NCBI GenBank assembly: GCA_951406725.2
Contig: OX597815.1
Span: 65,534,001 to 65,598,000 of the forward strand
Source: Octopus vulgaris
Lineage: Eukaryota
Length of the DNA stretch: 64,000 bases
Reading direction: 5' to 3'
Shown: in pieces, positions 40,153 to 52,463 of the stretch
Layout of the letters: every line of letters begins with the position of its first letter
Numbering within the stretch: position 1 is the stretch's first letter
Position numbers and translations under genes: made by a program
The notes under the pieces: generated by a model
Told to the model about the DNA's origin: nothing
Seen by the model: only the letters and a program-made list of their open reading frames with translations
The model's database searches: none

Positions 40153-41611
40153 TAAAAGTAAAAAAATATATACAAACTGGGACAAGAACGTGAAACACCT
40201 AGAAGACGACACAAGAAACACAGGACGGGACATTCAAAGCCCTCAATCATCAGTCAAGAACCGGATCATCTTCCCAATTCGGCTGATATATATATATATA
40301 TATGTGAATACGATGGGCTTCTTTCAATTTCCATTAACCAAATTCTCCTAAAGGTTGGGAAGCAAACTTCTTAATCACACTACCATGTTTGTGGTTTATA
40401 TAAATAAATACTTGTGCCAACAAATACAGAAAAAGGGTAAAAATATTTGTTAATATCATAGAATAGAGAGAAAATACCTCTGCAGAATATCCCCCTCCTT
40501 CATAATTGTTATTTATTAAATGGTATTTAATTGGGAAGATGGTGCTGACATGAGTGGAGAATCAGGAAAATGTTTACAGATTACCATTTGATAATTCCTG
40601 TGGCACCCACAGAAAGACTTCTGGCAAAAGTAGTTGCAAATGTCAGTGGAGACTGGAAAAAGTGGGAGAACAGAGAGACAGAGAAAAGGAGAGAGGGGGT
40701 AGGATTCTAGGCCAATTCTTGTGACAGTTACAAACTAATTCTTCTCAAAAATAAAGCTATGATGACTAGCTAACAGTGTTGTTATTATCATGAAACTCTG
40801 TTAAGCGTCATAGCAAGACTGCTGCATCTGTTAAACTGTGCAGTTACGATTTCTAAACTTGGGAAACCATTTGACATATTCTCATTGAGTAAAAGATAGC
40901 ATAAACTTATCCAGTGTTCCATGAAGCGTCAACTTCCTGCCAACATTCCCCTACCTACTCTCACTGTCACCCCTCCACCCGTTTTCACCTCATACCACAT
41001 TACATGCCTCATTTGTATATATTTTTCTTCTAATATTGCTATGTTGGTGAAACAGAGTCTCTTACAAAACAGAAGAAAATAAACAAATAAACAAAAAGAA
41101 TATCTTGACAAGTGTCATCTTTTGTAAAGTATATTGGTCACAGCAGAGAGAGATATGATAGATAGCTGCTTCATTTTAAAAACAACTTTTAGTAAATACA
41201 AGTTAAAACAAAGCAAATGACATGCTGAATATATATTCTTTTACTTGTTTTAGTCATCTGACTGTGGCCATGCTGGAGCACCACCTTGGAGAGTTTTAGT
41301 TGAAGAACTTGACCCCAAAACATATTTTTTGTAAGCCTAGTACTTATTCTATTGGTCTCTTTTCCTCGGACTGCTTACTTATAAGGTCATAAACACACCA
41401 GCATCAATTGTCAATTGATGACAGTAGGACAAACGCGCACACACATATAAGACAGCCTTCTTTCATATTCAGTCTACCAAACCCACTCACAAGGCTTTGG
41501 TTGGCCCAAGGCTATAGTAGAAGACACTTGCCTAAGGTGCCACACAGTGGAACTGAACATAGAACTATGTGGTTGGGAAGCAAGCTTCTTACCACACAGC
41601 CATGCCTGCAC

Positions 41612-42418
41612 CTATATATATATATATATATATATGCCCACACAGCTACATACACACACATACATACACACATACACGGACACACCCATACATACTTACA
41701 TACATACACCTATACACACACGCCTACACACCTACACACACACATGCACACACACACACATGTACGCACATACACACACATATACGCACACACATATATA
41801 CCCACACACATGCACACACACACACATACGCACATACATGCACGCATGCACACGCGCACACCTACACGCATACACACACACACACGCACGTACACATACA
41901 TACATACACACACGCATACATACACCCATACACATACATGCATCCTACACACACATACATACACACTCACACATACATACACACACACGCACTCACTCAC
42001 ACACCTGTATGTTCGCGCACACACATGCACATACACACACTTCCCCACACCCACACGTACATACATACACACTCATACACACATACACACACACACACAC
42101 ACACGGACATACATCTATGCACACACATATATACACACATACTCACATACATTCATCGGACACACTGCCACCCAGACATACACACAGACACACTCACACA
42201 TCCACACGCACACATACGTACGCGCACACTCGCAGGCTCGCGCACACACGCGTTTGCGCCGGTTCGCGCACGCATGCGCCCGCATGCACCTCGCCCTTGG
42301 ATCCGACGAGACCTCCCGCCCGTTCCTGGGATGTCGCTTGTCGTTGGGTTTTCCCACGCCCGTCTCCGCGGGACCACTCCTCCATCTTCCCCTCCGCTGG
42401 AGTCCTTTTCCTAAACCC

Positions 42419-42450
<32 letters not shown>

Positions 42451-42900
42451 GTTACACACACGCGCACACATATACACACATTGCTTAAACATATACATCA
42501 CTCTTACACACATTCAATCTACTCGCCACTAATACTACCACGACACTGGACACACACACACACTACTACTCAACACACGCTGGCACGCTACATACGCCCC
42601 CACCCCTTCCCCTCCCTCCCTTCCTCCCTTTTCTCACTACTGACCTTTGTCTGCTATGCTGCTGCTATGCTGACCACCGTCTCGCCCTACCTCACACGCC
42701 TACACACAGACGCACACACTAACACATACATATATTTTTTGTTTTTTTACCTCGCCTCACACACACACATACACACACGCACACACTCACACATACACAC
42801 ACATCTGTCGCGTTACCAACCTTGTCTCCACTCTTTTGCCTTTAAAAACCCACTTTGCTCTTGTTATCGTAAACATCCGCCTTTCACCATGTGCTTCTGC
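41612..42900. repeat. Degenerate C-rich (CA)n tract with a GC/CpG-rich core at about 42205-42427
   Basis: Strong C-over-G skew on the plus strand and dense CGCG. Confidence 0.85.
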
Positions 42901-42974
42901 TAACACCAGCCGTTTTTTTCTCTATCTCCGTTGCCCGCTCCGGGATCTTTCTTTCCTCTCTCTTCCTTCTTTAT

Positions 42975-43009
42975 GTTTCCGACGAAGAGCTCCGCTCGAA
43001 ACGTCATAC
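42975..43009 (+). ncRNA. Minimal hammerhead-like motif with variant core (Penelope-like LTR remnant)
   Basis: GTTT-CCGACGA-AGAGC-TCC-GCTC-GAAA-CGTC-ATAC; palindromic ACGT stem III; U4 replaced by C; stem I weak. Confidence 0.5.
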
Positions 43010-43095
43010 CTCCCTGCTTCCATTTCCTGAGCGCCTATTAATAATAATACTGTAATTGTTCCCTTGTTGTTGTTTTTTTGTTTCCCGTTTGGATT

Positions 43096-43099
<4 letters not shown>

Positions 43100-43138
<39 letters not shown>

Positions 43139-43170
43139 TATACATATATATATATACATATATATACATA

Positions 43171-43203
<33 letters not shown>

Positions 43204-43503
43204 GTATATATACATACCTATGTATATATACATACCTATATATACATACATATGTATATATACATACCTATGTATATATACATACCTATATATACATACA
43301 TATGTATATATACATACATATACATATATATACATATATATACATACCTACATATACATACATATGTATATATACATACATATACATATATATATATATA
43401 TATATACACACACATACATACATATATATATACACATACATACATATATATATATATACACATACATACATATATATATACACATACATATATATATATA
43501 TAT

Positions 43504-43568
<65 letters not shown>

Positions 43569-43612
43569 TACATACATGTATATACAAACAGATATACATA
43601 CATATATATGTA

Positions 43613-43661
<49 letters not shown>
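43100..43661. repeat. (TA)/(TACA) microsatellite with higher-order TATGTATATATACATACC units
   Basis: Directly visible. Confidence 0.95.
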
Positions 43662-43663
<2 letters not shown>

Positions 43664-43791
43664 CGGGAAGCTTTATGAAAATAGACAAAAGACGAAGGCA
43701 GGTTTACGGAAATAAACAAAAGACGAAGGCAGGTGGAATACAAACAAACAATTGTATTAGTATGGCGCTCAGGAAATATAAATAAAACAAG

Positions 43792-43829
43792 TCTTTAACG
43801 TTTCGAGCCTACGCTCTTCAACAGAAAGA
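43792..43829 (-). ncRNA. Minimal hammerhead-like motif with variant core (Penelope-like LTR remnant)
   Basis: Minus strand TCTTT-CTGTTGA-AGAGC-GTAG-GCTC-GAAA-CGTT-AAAGA. Perfect stem I TCTTT:AAAGA, stem II GAGC:GCTC, palindromic AACGTT; A6 replaced by U. Confidence 0.6.
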
Positions 43830-44152
43830 TACACAGAGAATATATATATATATATATATACACACACGCGCGCGCGCACACACACATATGTATATTATAG
43901 TTAACAAAAGAATTTTCTAAAAAATACAATGTTTTATGCCTTAACTGCACTGAAACATGAGACTTGTTTCCACGCGACTTCCTCTCTCCACATGCACACA
44001 CACATACAATTTCCTTGTCAAACCCCCCACCCCACCCCTGTCACAACTCAGCCACTCCCATCAAAATTAGGTCGATCGCTAATCGATACCTATACATATA
44101 TTAACGAAAACAACACATTTACGAAAACCACACAGCACCGATATTCACAATA

Positions 44153-44996
44153 CAGTCAACTCTCGCTACTATGCCACCCTGCGGGACTGAGCCAAAGTGG
44201 CATAGTCCCGAGAGTCTGTTATCTAAACACTACATAACCAAAAATTTACTGAACATACGAATAAAAATTCATAGGGTAGGAAGTAAGGCCAATAAGAAGT
44301 TCAATGCAATGGTAAAAAGAAGACATCCAAGTTTATTAAGTTCAGATTGCTTTTAGTTAATCCCGAAGCTCTCAAAAATTGTCGGCTGACGCATCTTCTT
44401 TCGGCGGATTTCATTCATTTCGTTGTCTAGCCTATCACATACCTGCATGACGCTGGGTTTTCCGCTGCTCTGCTGCTGCATAAACTTTCGGATAGTGCTC
44501 CATGCTCTCTGGGCATCTGCAAACGAAACGTATTCCTCTTCCACAATTACCTCGTCGTCTTCACTTTCCACCGGCTCTTCGTTATGCATTACCTCCTTTA
44601 CTATTTCTTCTAGAGTGAAACATGTCGGACAATACAAGGGGCGGTAACTTGTATCAGATATTACTAATGATACGAAGGGCCCGACAATAACGTTTTTCGC
44701 AGCATCGATAATCTCCTTTTCCTTCAGCGTAAACTCAGTCCGCTTGCGTTTCTGAGCTGACATTGTGTGCTACTTTCTGAACTTTTCCACAAGATTACAA
44801 ATACGAAATGTACAAAATGTAGGAGTACAAAATTTCGAAAAGTTGCGTGCGCTTCAGTTAACAAGTGGCATAGTAGCGAGAGTTGAGGGTGGCATAGTAA
44901 AAATTTTTTGTTTATTATTTGGCCGGGACCGCGCAAAACTGGCATAGTAGCGAGAGTGGCATAGTAGCGAGGTGGCATAGGAGCGAGAGTTGACTG
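44153..44996 (-). mobile_element. Internally deleted pogo/Tigger DNA transposon
   Basis: TA-CAGTCAACTCTCGCTACTATGCCACC ... GGTGGCATAGGAGCGAGAGTTGACTG-TA; several subterminal GTGGCATAGT repeats. Confidence 0.93.
44353..44763 (-). CDS. Truncated Tigger transposase fusion ORF (start of the N-terminal HTH, acidic C-terminal domain, PIP-box-like end)
   Basis: MSAQKRKRTEFTLKEKEII...EEIVKEVMHNEEPVESEDDE...VSFADAQRAWSTIRKF...KMRQPTIFESF; no DDE domain. Expression unknown. Confidence 0.7.
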   Translation of the reverse strand: MSAQKRKRTEFTLKEKEIIDAAKNVIVGPFVSLVISDTSYRPLYCPTCFTLEEIVKEVMHNEEPVESEDDEVIVEEEYVSFADAQRAWSTIRKFMQQQSSGKPSVMQVCDRLDNEMNEIRRKKMRQPTIFESFGIN

Positions 44997-46889
44997 TAAA
45001 TACATAAGGCAGCGACCTTGGCAGAATCGTTATGTTGCTGGGTAAAATGCTTAGCAACATTTCGGTCGTCTTTACGTCTTGCGTTCAAATTCTGCCGACG
45101 TCGACTTTACCTTTCATTATTCCAGGGATCGATAACATAAGTACCAGTTGAACACGGGGGAGGGGGCAATGTAATCGACGTAGCCCCTCCCCTCGATATA
45201 GATGGTCTTGGGCCAAAATTTGAAACTAATATCAGGGTCCGATATTCAAAGGTATATTTTTTATGTATCGTAAATTATTTCTGTTAGAGCTTTATTTTAT
45301 AGGCGCAGGTGTGGTTAAGAAGCTTGCTTCCCTACCACATACTTCCGGGTTCAGTCCCACTGCGTGGCACCTTAGGTAGGTGCCTTCTACCATTGTCTTG
45401 GACCGACCAAAACCTTTTGAGCGGATTTAGTAGGCTAAAACTGAAAGAAGCCCGTCGTATATATGTATGTATGCATGTATGTATGCATGTATGTATGCAT
45501 GCATGCATGTATGTATGCATGTGTATATGTATATATTTGTGTCTGTGTTTGTACCCCCGCCCCACCATCGCATGACAACCGATACTGGGGTGTTTATGTC
45601 CCCGTAACATTAGCGATTCGGCAAAAAACACCGAGAGAATAAATACTAGGCTTATAAAGAATAAGTCCTGGGGTCGATTTCTTCGACTAAAACCCTTCAA
45701 GGTGGTGTTCAGCATGACTGCAGTCAAATGACTGAAACAAGTAAAAGAATAAAAGAATATATATATAAACAGTATTGCTACAGCTATTATTGTTGGTATA
45801 TTTTGGGGGTCGTCCGATGAACACCACCCATTTTCCAATTAGAGTAGATTTTCTTTCTAAATTACAAATAAATATTTCTGGATTTGCACTACCTTCATAT
45901 AAACTGATTATATATCCAGAAATACAGATTAAAGTCGTATAATGTATAAAAATATCCTAAAATTTGTGTATTATCTTTTTTACTTGTTTCCGTCAGTGGA
46001 ATGCGGCCATGCTGGGGCTCCACCATGAAGGATTTTAAAAAAAAATAAGTACCCCAGTACTTATTTGAATTTGTAAAGTCACTGGTTTTTTACGCTACAA
46101 TGACGTAAACAGACCAATACTGGTAATCAAGTGAACGGGGTCAAACACACAAACACACATGCATGGATGCATATACACGCACGTATCCAAACCAACTAAG
46201 GAGCCGTTAAGTGAACGCTTGACCTGCGAGACATAACAGCCAAATCTCTTCAAAATCACACCTTACTGCATTTTTAAGAACAATGGTTCTTGATTTAGGA
46301 ACAAGACCAGCAATGTTTAGGGGAAGGGATCAGTCGATACCATCGACTTCAATACTTCATAGGTACTTTTTTTTTTATCGACCTTCGTGGTGTGAGGAGA
46401 AAAGCAAAGAGGACCTCAAATCAGCGGAATTTGTACTCAAAAAAGTTTTTAGCATGCAATATTTAGAGCAACTTTGAATACAGCAACTGGCGTGATTTTA
46501 TTGAGAAAATTTTCGAACAAAAACTTAAGTCGATTACATCAACCCCAATATTAGACTGGTGCCTTATTTTATCGATCCCGAAGGGATGAAAGGCAAAGCA
46601 GACCTCGGCGGCATTTGAAGTCAGAGCATTAAGAGCCACATGAAATGCTACGAAGCATTTTGTCCAAAGCGCTGAACGATTCTGTAAGCTTATCTTAACG
46701 AACATAATAATGATAACATCAACAGCAACTAGTAGTAGTAGTTGTTGTTGTCGTCGTCATCTGAGAGGTTTCAGTCAGCCGACTTTCGTAGAATCAATAT
46801 TTGTAGCATGGCGGGAAATATCGATGAAATATAAGAGGTTAGCCTTGACTAGTAATGAATCACACATACACGCGGACGCACACATACAC

Positions 46890-46946
<57 letters not shown>

Positions 46947-47006
46947 GGAAGAACAAAACAATTTATGTATGTGCATACCTATGTAAACATGATTATGCAT
47001 GCACAA

Positions 47007-47037
<31 letters not shown>

Positions 47038-47418
47038 TTACACAGGCACAGCCGAGTGGTTTAAGAAGTTCGCTTTACAATCATGACACTCCAGTTTCAA
47101 TCCCACTGCATAGCATTTTCACCACGGGTCTTTTATCATAGGCTTGACCCAACACGAATCTTGTAAGTGAAATTAGGTAGAGGGGAAACTGTGCGGAAGC
47201 CGTTGGGTGGGTGGATTATACTTCTAATTCAAAAGAGTACATTAAGGGTACACGTATTTGTGGAATACTCAATCAACACTATAATTCAATGAATGCAGTT
47301 GACCGAACAACTGGAATAAGCACCATTCAAAACAACGAAGATCCATTTATCTCGTATATTAAAGAACTTGCACGTTAATCTTCCCAAAACGTGTACGTAT
47401 GTGTGTGTATACATACAT

Positions 47419-47449
<31 letters not shown>

Positions 47450-47725
47450 TCATTCACACACGAGAGCAAGTAACGACTATTATCGACAATGCACTATTAT
47501 TGGCGGGAGAATTATTTACGCGCGCATCACGAGACGTGGTCTTCCTCTGAGTCACTAAGCAGGTTTGAACTTGAAACGCCAATTAAGTTGTTAAGCGTCA
47601 CAGCCACCCCTTTTTCTTTTTATTCCGGTAGATTTAGTGTGACACATTGTGTGTGCCAGAGATCTCCACGGTAGACGTGGTCTTCATCTAGTTATATTGC
47701 TGTATCGAGGTAGAGATCGATCGAG

Positions 47726-47786
<61 letters not shown>

Positions 47787-47798
47787 CATAGATACAGA

Positions 47799-47854
<56 letters not shown>

Positions 47855-48769
47855 TCATGTCTACCGTAACATAGTGACTAGCAGATCATATCCACCATAA
47901 AACCGCAGTGATTAGAGGGAGACTGCTATTCCCAATAATGTCCACTCGGTCATATCTGTTCACGCATACATAAATACACATGCACTACTCTGTCATCTGA
48001 GTTCAAATCCAGTTAAAATGAAGTTTACCTTTTATCCTTTCGAGGTCGATAAAGAAAAAAAAAGTACCAACTATAAGGTTGGTGGATTGGTGGAACTGAA
48101 AGAAAGGCAAACCAGATGCCTTGTGGTATTTTTTCCGGCTCCTATCGTCTTTGGGTTGTAGACTTAATCTGTCACCTACTTTAATACCATGACCTGAGGT
48201 GCCTGTCGGGGAATATAATCTGTTGTAAGCATTTGGGTTAAGCTTCTGTTTAAGGATACCTTCCTCTCCGCCACCAGTCTCAGGGGACTTATAACAGGTC
48301 TTGGGCAGTGCCTTCTCACTTCCCTCATGAATTACAATCAATCCTACTGCATAGCATTTTCACCACGGGTCTTTTATCATAGGCTTGACCCAACACGAAT
48401 CTTGTTAAGTGAAATTAGGTCGAGGGGAAACAAACACACACACACACACAAACTCAAGACACGCGTTCGGACCGTGTAATGCCAACTTCTACAAAAGGCC
48501 TTTAATTCAAGCTGTACTGTGAAGCGGAGCCGAGGGTAAATATCCCCCTGGATAAGGTGCCAAGATGTTGTGACCCCTTTCTGAAAGCCGAATCAAGCCC
48601 AGTATTCATAATTAAGCACCTGACCAAGACTCACCCCAATATATTATAAACAAATTATATACACTATATACACACTATATTCACACACAAAAGCACACAA
48701 CAGGACAACCAAGAAACCAGATGCCGTAACTCGACTTAATGGAAATATCAGTCAAATATGAGTATAAAT

Positions 48770-49600
48770 GATTATAAATGGCAGTCAAATGTCCCTCTAT
48801 TATCTTAAAAATGGGAAGAGCAGTATAGATAATGTAGTCCTATATACACCATGACCTACACACGCTCAAAAAGAGGAAGTGATGGATTGAAATGCCTTTG
48901 ATCCTAGGTCTGTCCTAGATATAAAACTGGTGTTTCGCTCTTCCAGTCCGTATAGTTCACACCGCTATCGCGCGATGAAACAGATAATAGGTAATAGATG
49001 ATGTAGTGAGTGGAGTAATTAGATATACAAGATATATAATGAGGTACAAGTAATTAAGATGAGTGTATACTATGTCGATGGTGAGACATTAAACAGGAAT
49101 GAAAGAGTCAACGAGATCTTAATGAGAAATAGCAGTGAAATCACACCCGAATCATGCCCTTTTGTCTTAAAAAGTAGAAGGACACATTGGATAATGTTGT
49201 CCTAGTTACACTATGTTTGATTAAAAGACAAGATGGCCAAGGCTGAAGCATCGTTGATCAGGATTACTTGGGAATTAATAAATCTCTCTTAGTTTACTCC
49301 CTATTTTCTTAAAAATTGACGGGTACATTGGATAATGTAATCCTAGATACATTGTATCTGAATATACGACAGGATGGTCAAAGATAGAACATCTTTACTT
49401 GGAACCAAGCAATCAGAAGCAGTTAAATCTGTCACCTACTGCCTACAGTTTTGAAAAAAGGGCACATTTGATAAAATAGTCCTAGATAGACTTCATCTGA
49501 GAAGGCAAAAAAAAAAAAAAGAAAGAAAGAAAAAAAGAAAATAGATATGATCAGGCTTGGAACGTCTTTGATCAACGATCAAAGATCAGAAGCAACTATA
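48770..49600 (+). repeat. Four diverged copies (three contiguous) of an interspersed unit of about 140 bp
   Basis: Recurring ...TCTTAAAAA...GGACACATTGGATAATGTAGTCCTAGATACAC...GATGGTCA...TTTGATC; also at about 36770-37050 and 46220-46285. Confidence 0.75.
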
Positions 49601-51679
49601 AGATAAGTAAGAATGACTAAGATACGTATATATGTTAACGAAATAAATACTTTTCAAAAAGTTGTGAGAGGAGATCATCTTGTATGTGCTAAGTTCGAAA
49701 GGTCGCTACATTTATATATGCATTTATAACTAGCAGCACCCAAAGAAATTCTGTTTTATAATTGTTCTTACTGTTATTTTTAGATGCAAGGCGGCGGGCT
49801 AGCAGAATCGCTAGAACGCCGAGAAAATGCCTGGTGAAGTTCAAATCCCGCCGAATTAGAAACCAAATTTAGAACCCCCCAAAAGGTGGTGGGGTTGGGT
49901 CAGAGAGTCGAAAAAAATGCTTCGTAGTGTTTCTTCCAACGCTTTACGTCCTAGGTTCAAATTTCGCTACTGTCAATCTTACCTTTCATCCCTCCAGGGT
50001 CGACAAGATAAAGCACCAGTCTAGTTCTAGGGACGATGTCATTGACTAATCCCCTTCCCTTAAAATTCAAGGCCTTGTACCAAAAGCGGATCGAAAGCCC
50101 TTGTTATAGTATTTTGAGATATAAATTTATGATTATCACTAACGTTGTTTCATTCCGTTAAACAAGTCTATGTCCTTGATGTCGTTTCATAGACATTGAA
50201 GGCATTTAAAAGTGCTACACTTGAACACATATCCTGATAAGCAGAATAATGTTTGTACGCTTGTACATGATATGCATGTATAGTAGATAGATACGAGATA
50301 ATATTGGTTTTAAATTTTGAGACAAGTCCAGCAATTTCGGAGAATGGAGTGGGTCGCTTACTTCAACGCCAGTGCCTAACTGGTATTTATTCTATCGACC
50401 CTCGAAAGGGATGAAAGGCAAAGTCGGCCTCGAAGGAATTTGAATTCAGAAACATAAAGACGGACGAAATGCCGCTAAGCAGTTTGCCCGGCGCGCTAAG
50501 AAAATGATAATACTGATACAAAGAAACTTACTTTAAGTCTGTCATGGGCTCAAAGACTCATGAAGCTGGAAGTTAAACCGGTTCCCCCGGCTTATAAATG
50601 ACTGAGATTACAATATCCTCACACTCCTGGACGGGATGCTAGTCCGTTGCAGATTTAACTTTCCAGCTACTACTTGGAACTCATTTACAACTGAGTGGAT
50701 TGGAGAACAACATGAAATGAAGTGTTTTGCTGAAGAACACAACGCACCGAAACCACGATCGTAAGAATTTACGATTGTTATAGCAATACACCTAATCACA
50801 AGACCACGCACCTTCACATTGGTATAAAATAACTTATTATTTTTGGTTAATATCCTTCGCGTTTGTTTAGAACAGCGAAAACGTCTCAGCACCTGATTCT
50901 TGTCAAGCAGGCCATTTGAAATGCGGCATGTTTATATTGATTTTGCAATTTCAAAATAAATAAGCATTCTTCATTAATTGGGTTGCCTCACATTTTCCAC
51001 CCATAAAATACACACCTACATACATATGTGTGTGTGTGTGTATGTACGTATGTATGTAGAAAGAGAGACAACTGATAGCAGGCGTGACGAATATATTTAT
51101 ATGAAAAGTTGCGTATACAGGTTACACCTGCTTGCATATTATGCATTGTTATATCAACCAGTCATCAACCACTCGGAACAGTTTGAGAGAGAGAGGGAGA
51201 GAGAGAGGAGGAGGGACAGACAGGCGGCTCGAGAGAAATGCCCGAGAGTGAAGTGCCTTGTTCTAGGACTCAATGCTCGGTTCGGGAATTGAAGCTACGA
51301 TATTATAATCGACAGCCTAGCACTAGCCAACTATTAGGCCACGCCTTTTCCGTAACAATAACCAGCTGATGACATTAAGCAGATGATTTAACGACATCCA
51401 GAGCTTTGGGAGGGGAAGGGGGCTCTATTAATTTACTTAACAATAGACGATTCAAAACTCTATCCATGATTACAATAAATGGTTTCTACTTAGTGCGCGC
51501 ACGCAGTACTTTAGAGGGCAAAGTTAATCTCAGACACAAAGTCGCAAATGTGTAGATTCACCGGGGACAATAATGATGATGATGATGAAGGTAGTGGTGG
51601 CGAGTTCATACTTTTAAACACACACACACACACATGTTCGTATAGTGCCACTCCTCTAACATGAAAGATAAGCTCTTTC

Positions 51680-51721
<42 letters not shown>

Positions 51722-51906
51722 ATATCAATCAGAGGATAAGTTATCCTATTGCAGAACTTAAATTTCTTTTTTTATAAAACGTACATTTTTACATTTCGTT
51801 GGCAATAAAATTGAAGAGTATTTTGGTCATGATCAACAGCATATAGAATCGGTTAAGGTAACATGAACACATCTCGGAGACTCTGGACATAGAGCAAAAT
51901 TGCAGA

Positions 51907-51956
<50 letters not shown>

Positions 51957-51959
<3 letters not shown>

Positions 51960-52129
51960 AACGGTCTGACTCAGCTCCACATGACTTAAAACTTTTGTTG
52001 GTTGGTTGGTTGGTTGGTTGGTTTGTTGCTACGTAAGAAGCAACCATGTAGGACGTGTCCCATGCGTCCTTGAAATTGTAAGCCATGTGAAAATTTTGAA
52101 GTCATGCAGAGCTGAGTCAAACTGTTATT
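51957..52129. repeat. Inverted repeat with arms of about 40 bp, each carrying TGACTCA
   Basis: AATAACGGTCTGACTCAGCTCCACATGACTTAAAACTTTT versus AAAATTTTGAAGTCATGCAGAGCTGAGTCAAACTGTTATT. Confidence 0.8.
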
Positions 52130-52206
52130 TAAAAAAAAAAATGTGTGTAACTCCTAACAAATGTGCTGATTGCTGCTTTCTTTCCTTTGTTCACTCACTC
52201 GCACGT

Positions 52207-52243
<37 letters not shown>

Positions 52244-52463
52244 CGTGCGCGCGTGCTCACACATGTGCGTGATCGTATAGCAAATGGATATTTCTGATAC
52301 ACACCTCGATTGGATTTGCTCGAGTCCTTCACTGTTTTCAGAATCAGAGTCATATTATTGCACTTTCCCCAACAGTATTGAGTACTTTCACTAAATTGTA
52401 TTTCATATTAATGTTATATCGCCACTACTTAACGCACAAACTATCTCCCCATGTACGTATGCA

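Noticed and set aside
40170-40290. CTGATGA...GAATGTC on the minus strand in a short insert within (TA)n
   Set aside because: GAAT instead of GAAA and no convincing stems; may be a Penelope-like remnant but is not supportable as a ribozyme.
42300-42345. CCGACGAGAC...GTC as another variant hammerhead
   Set aside because: No GAAA after the putative stem II.
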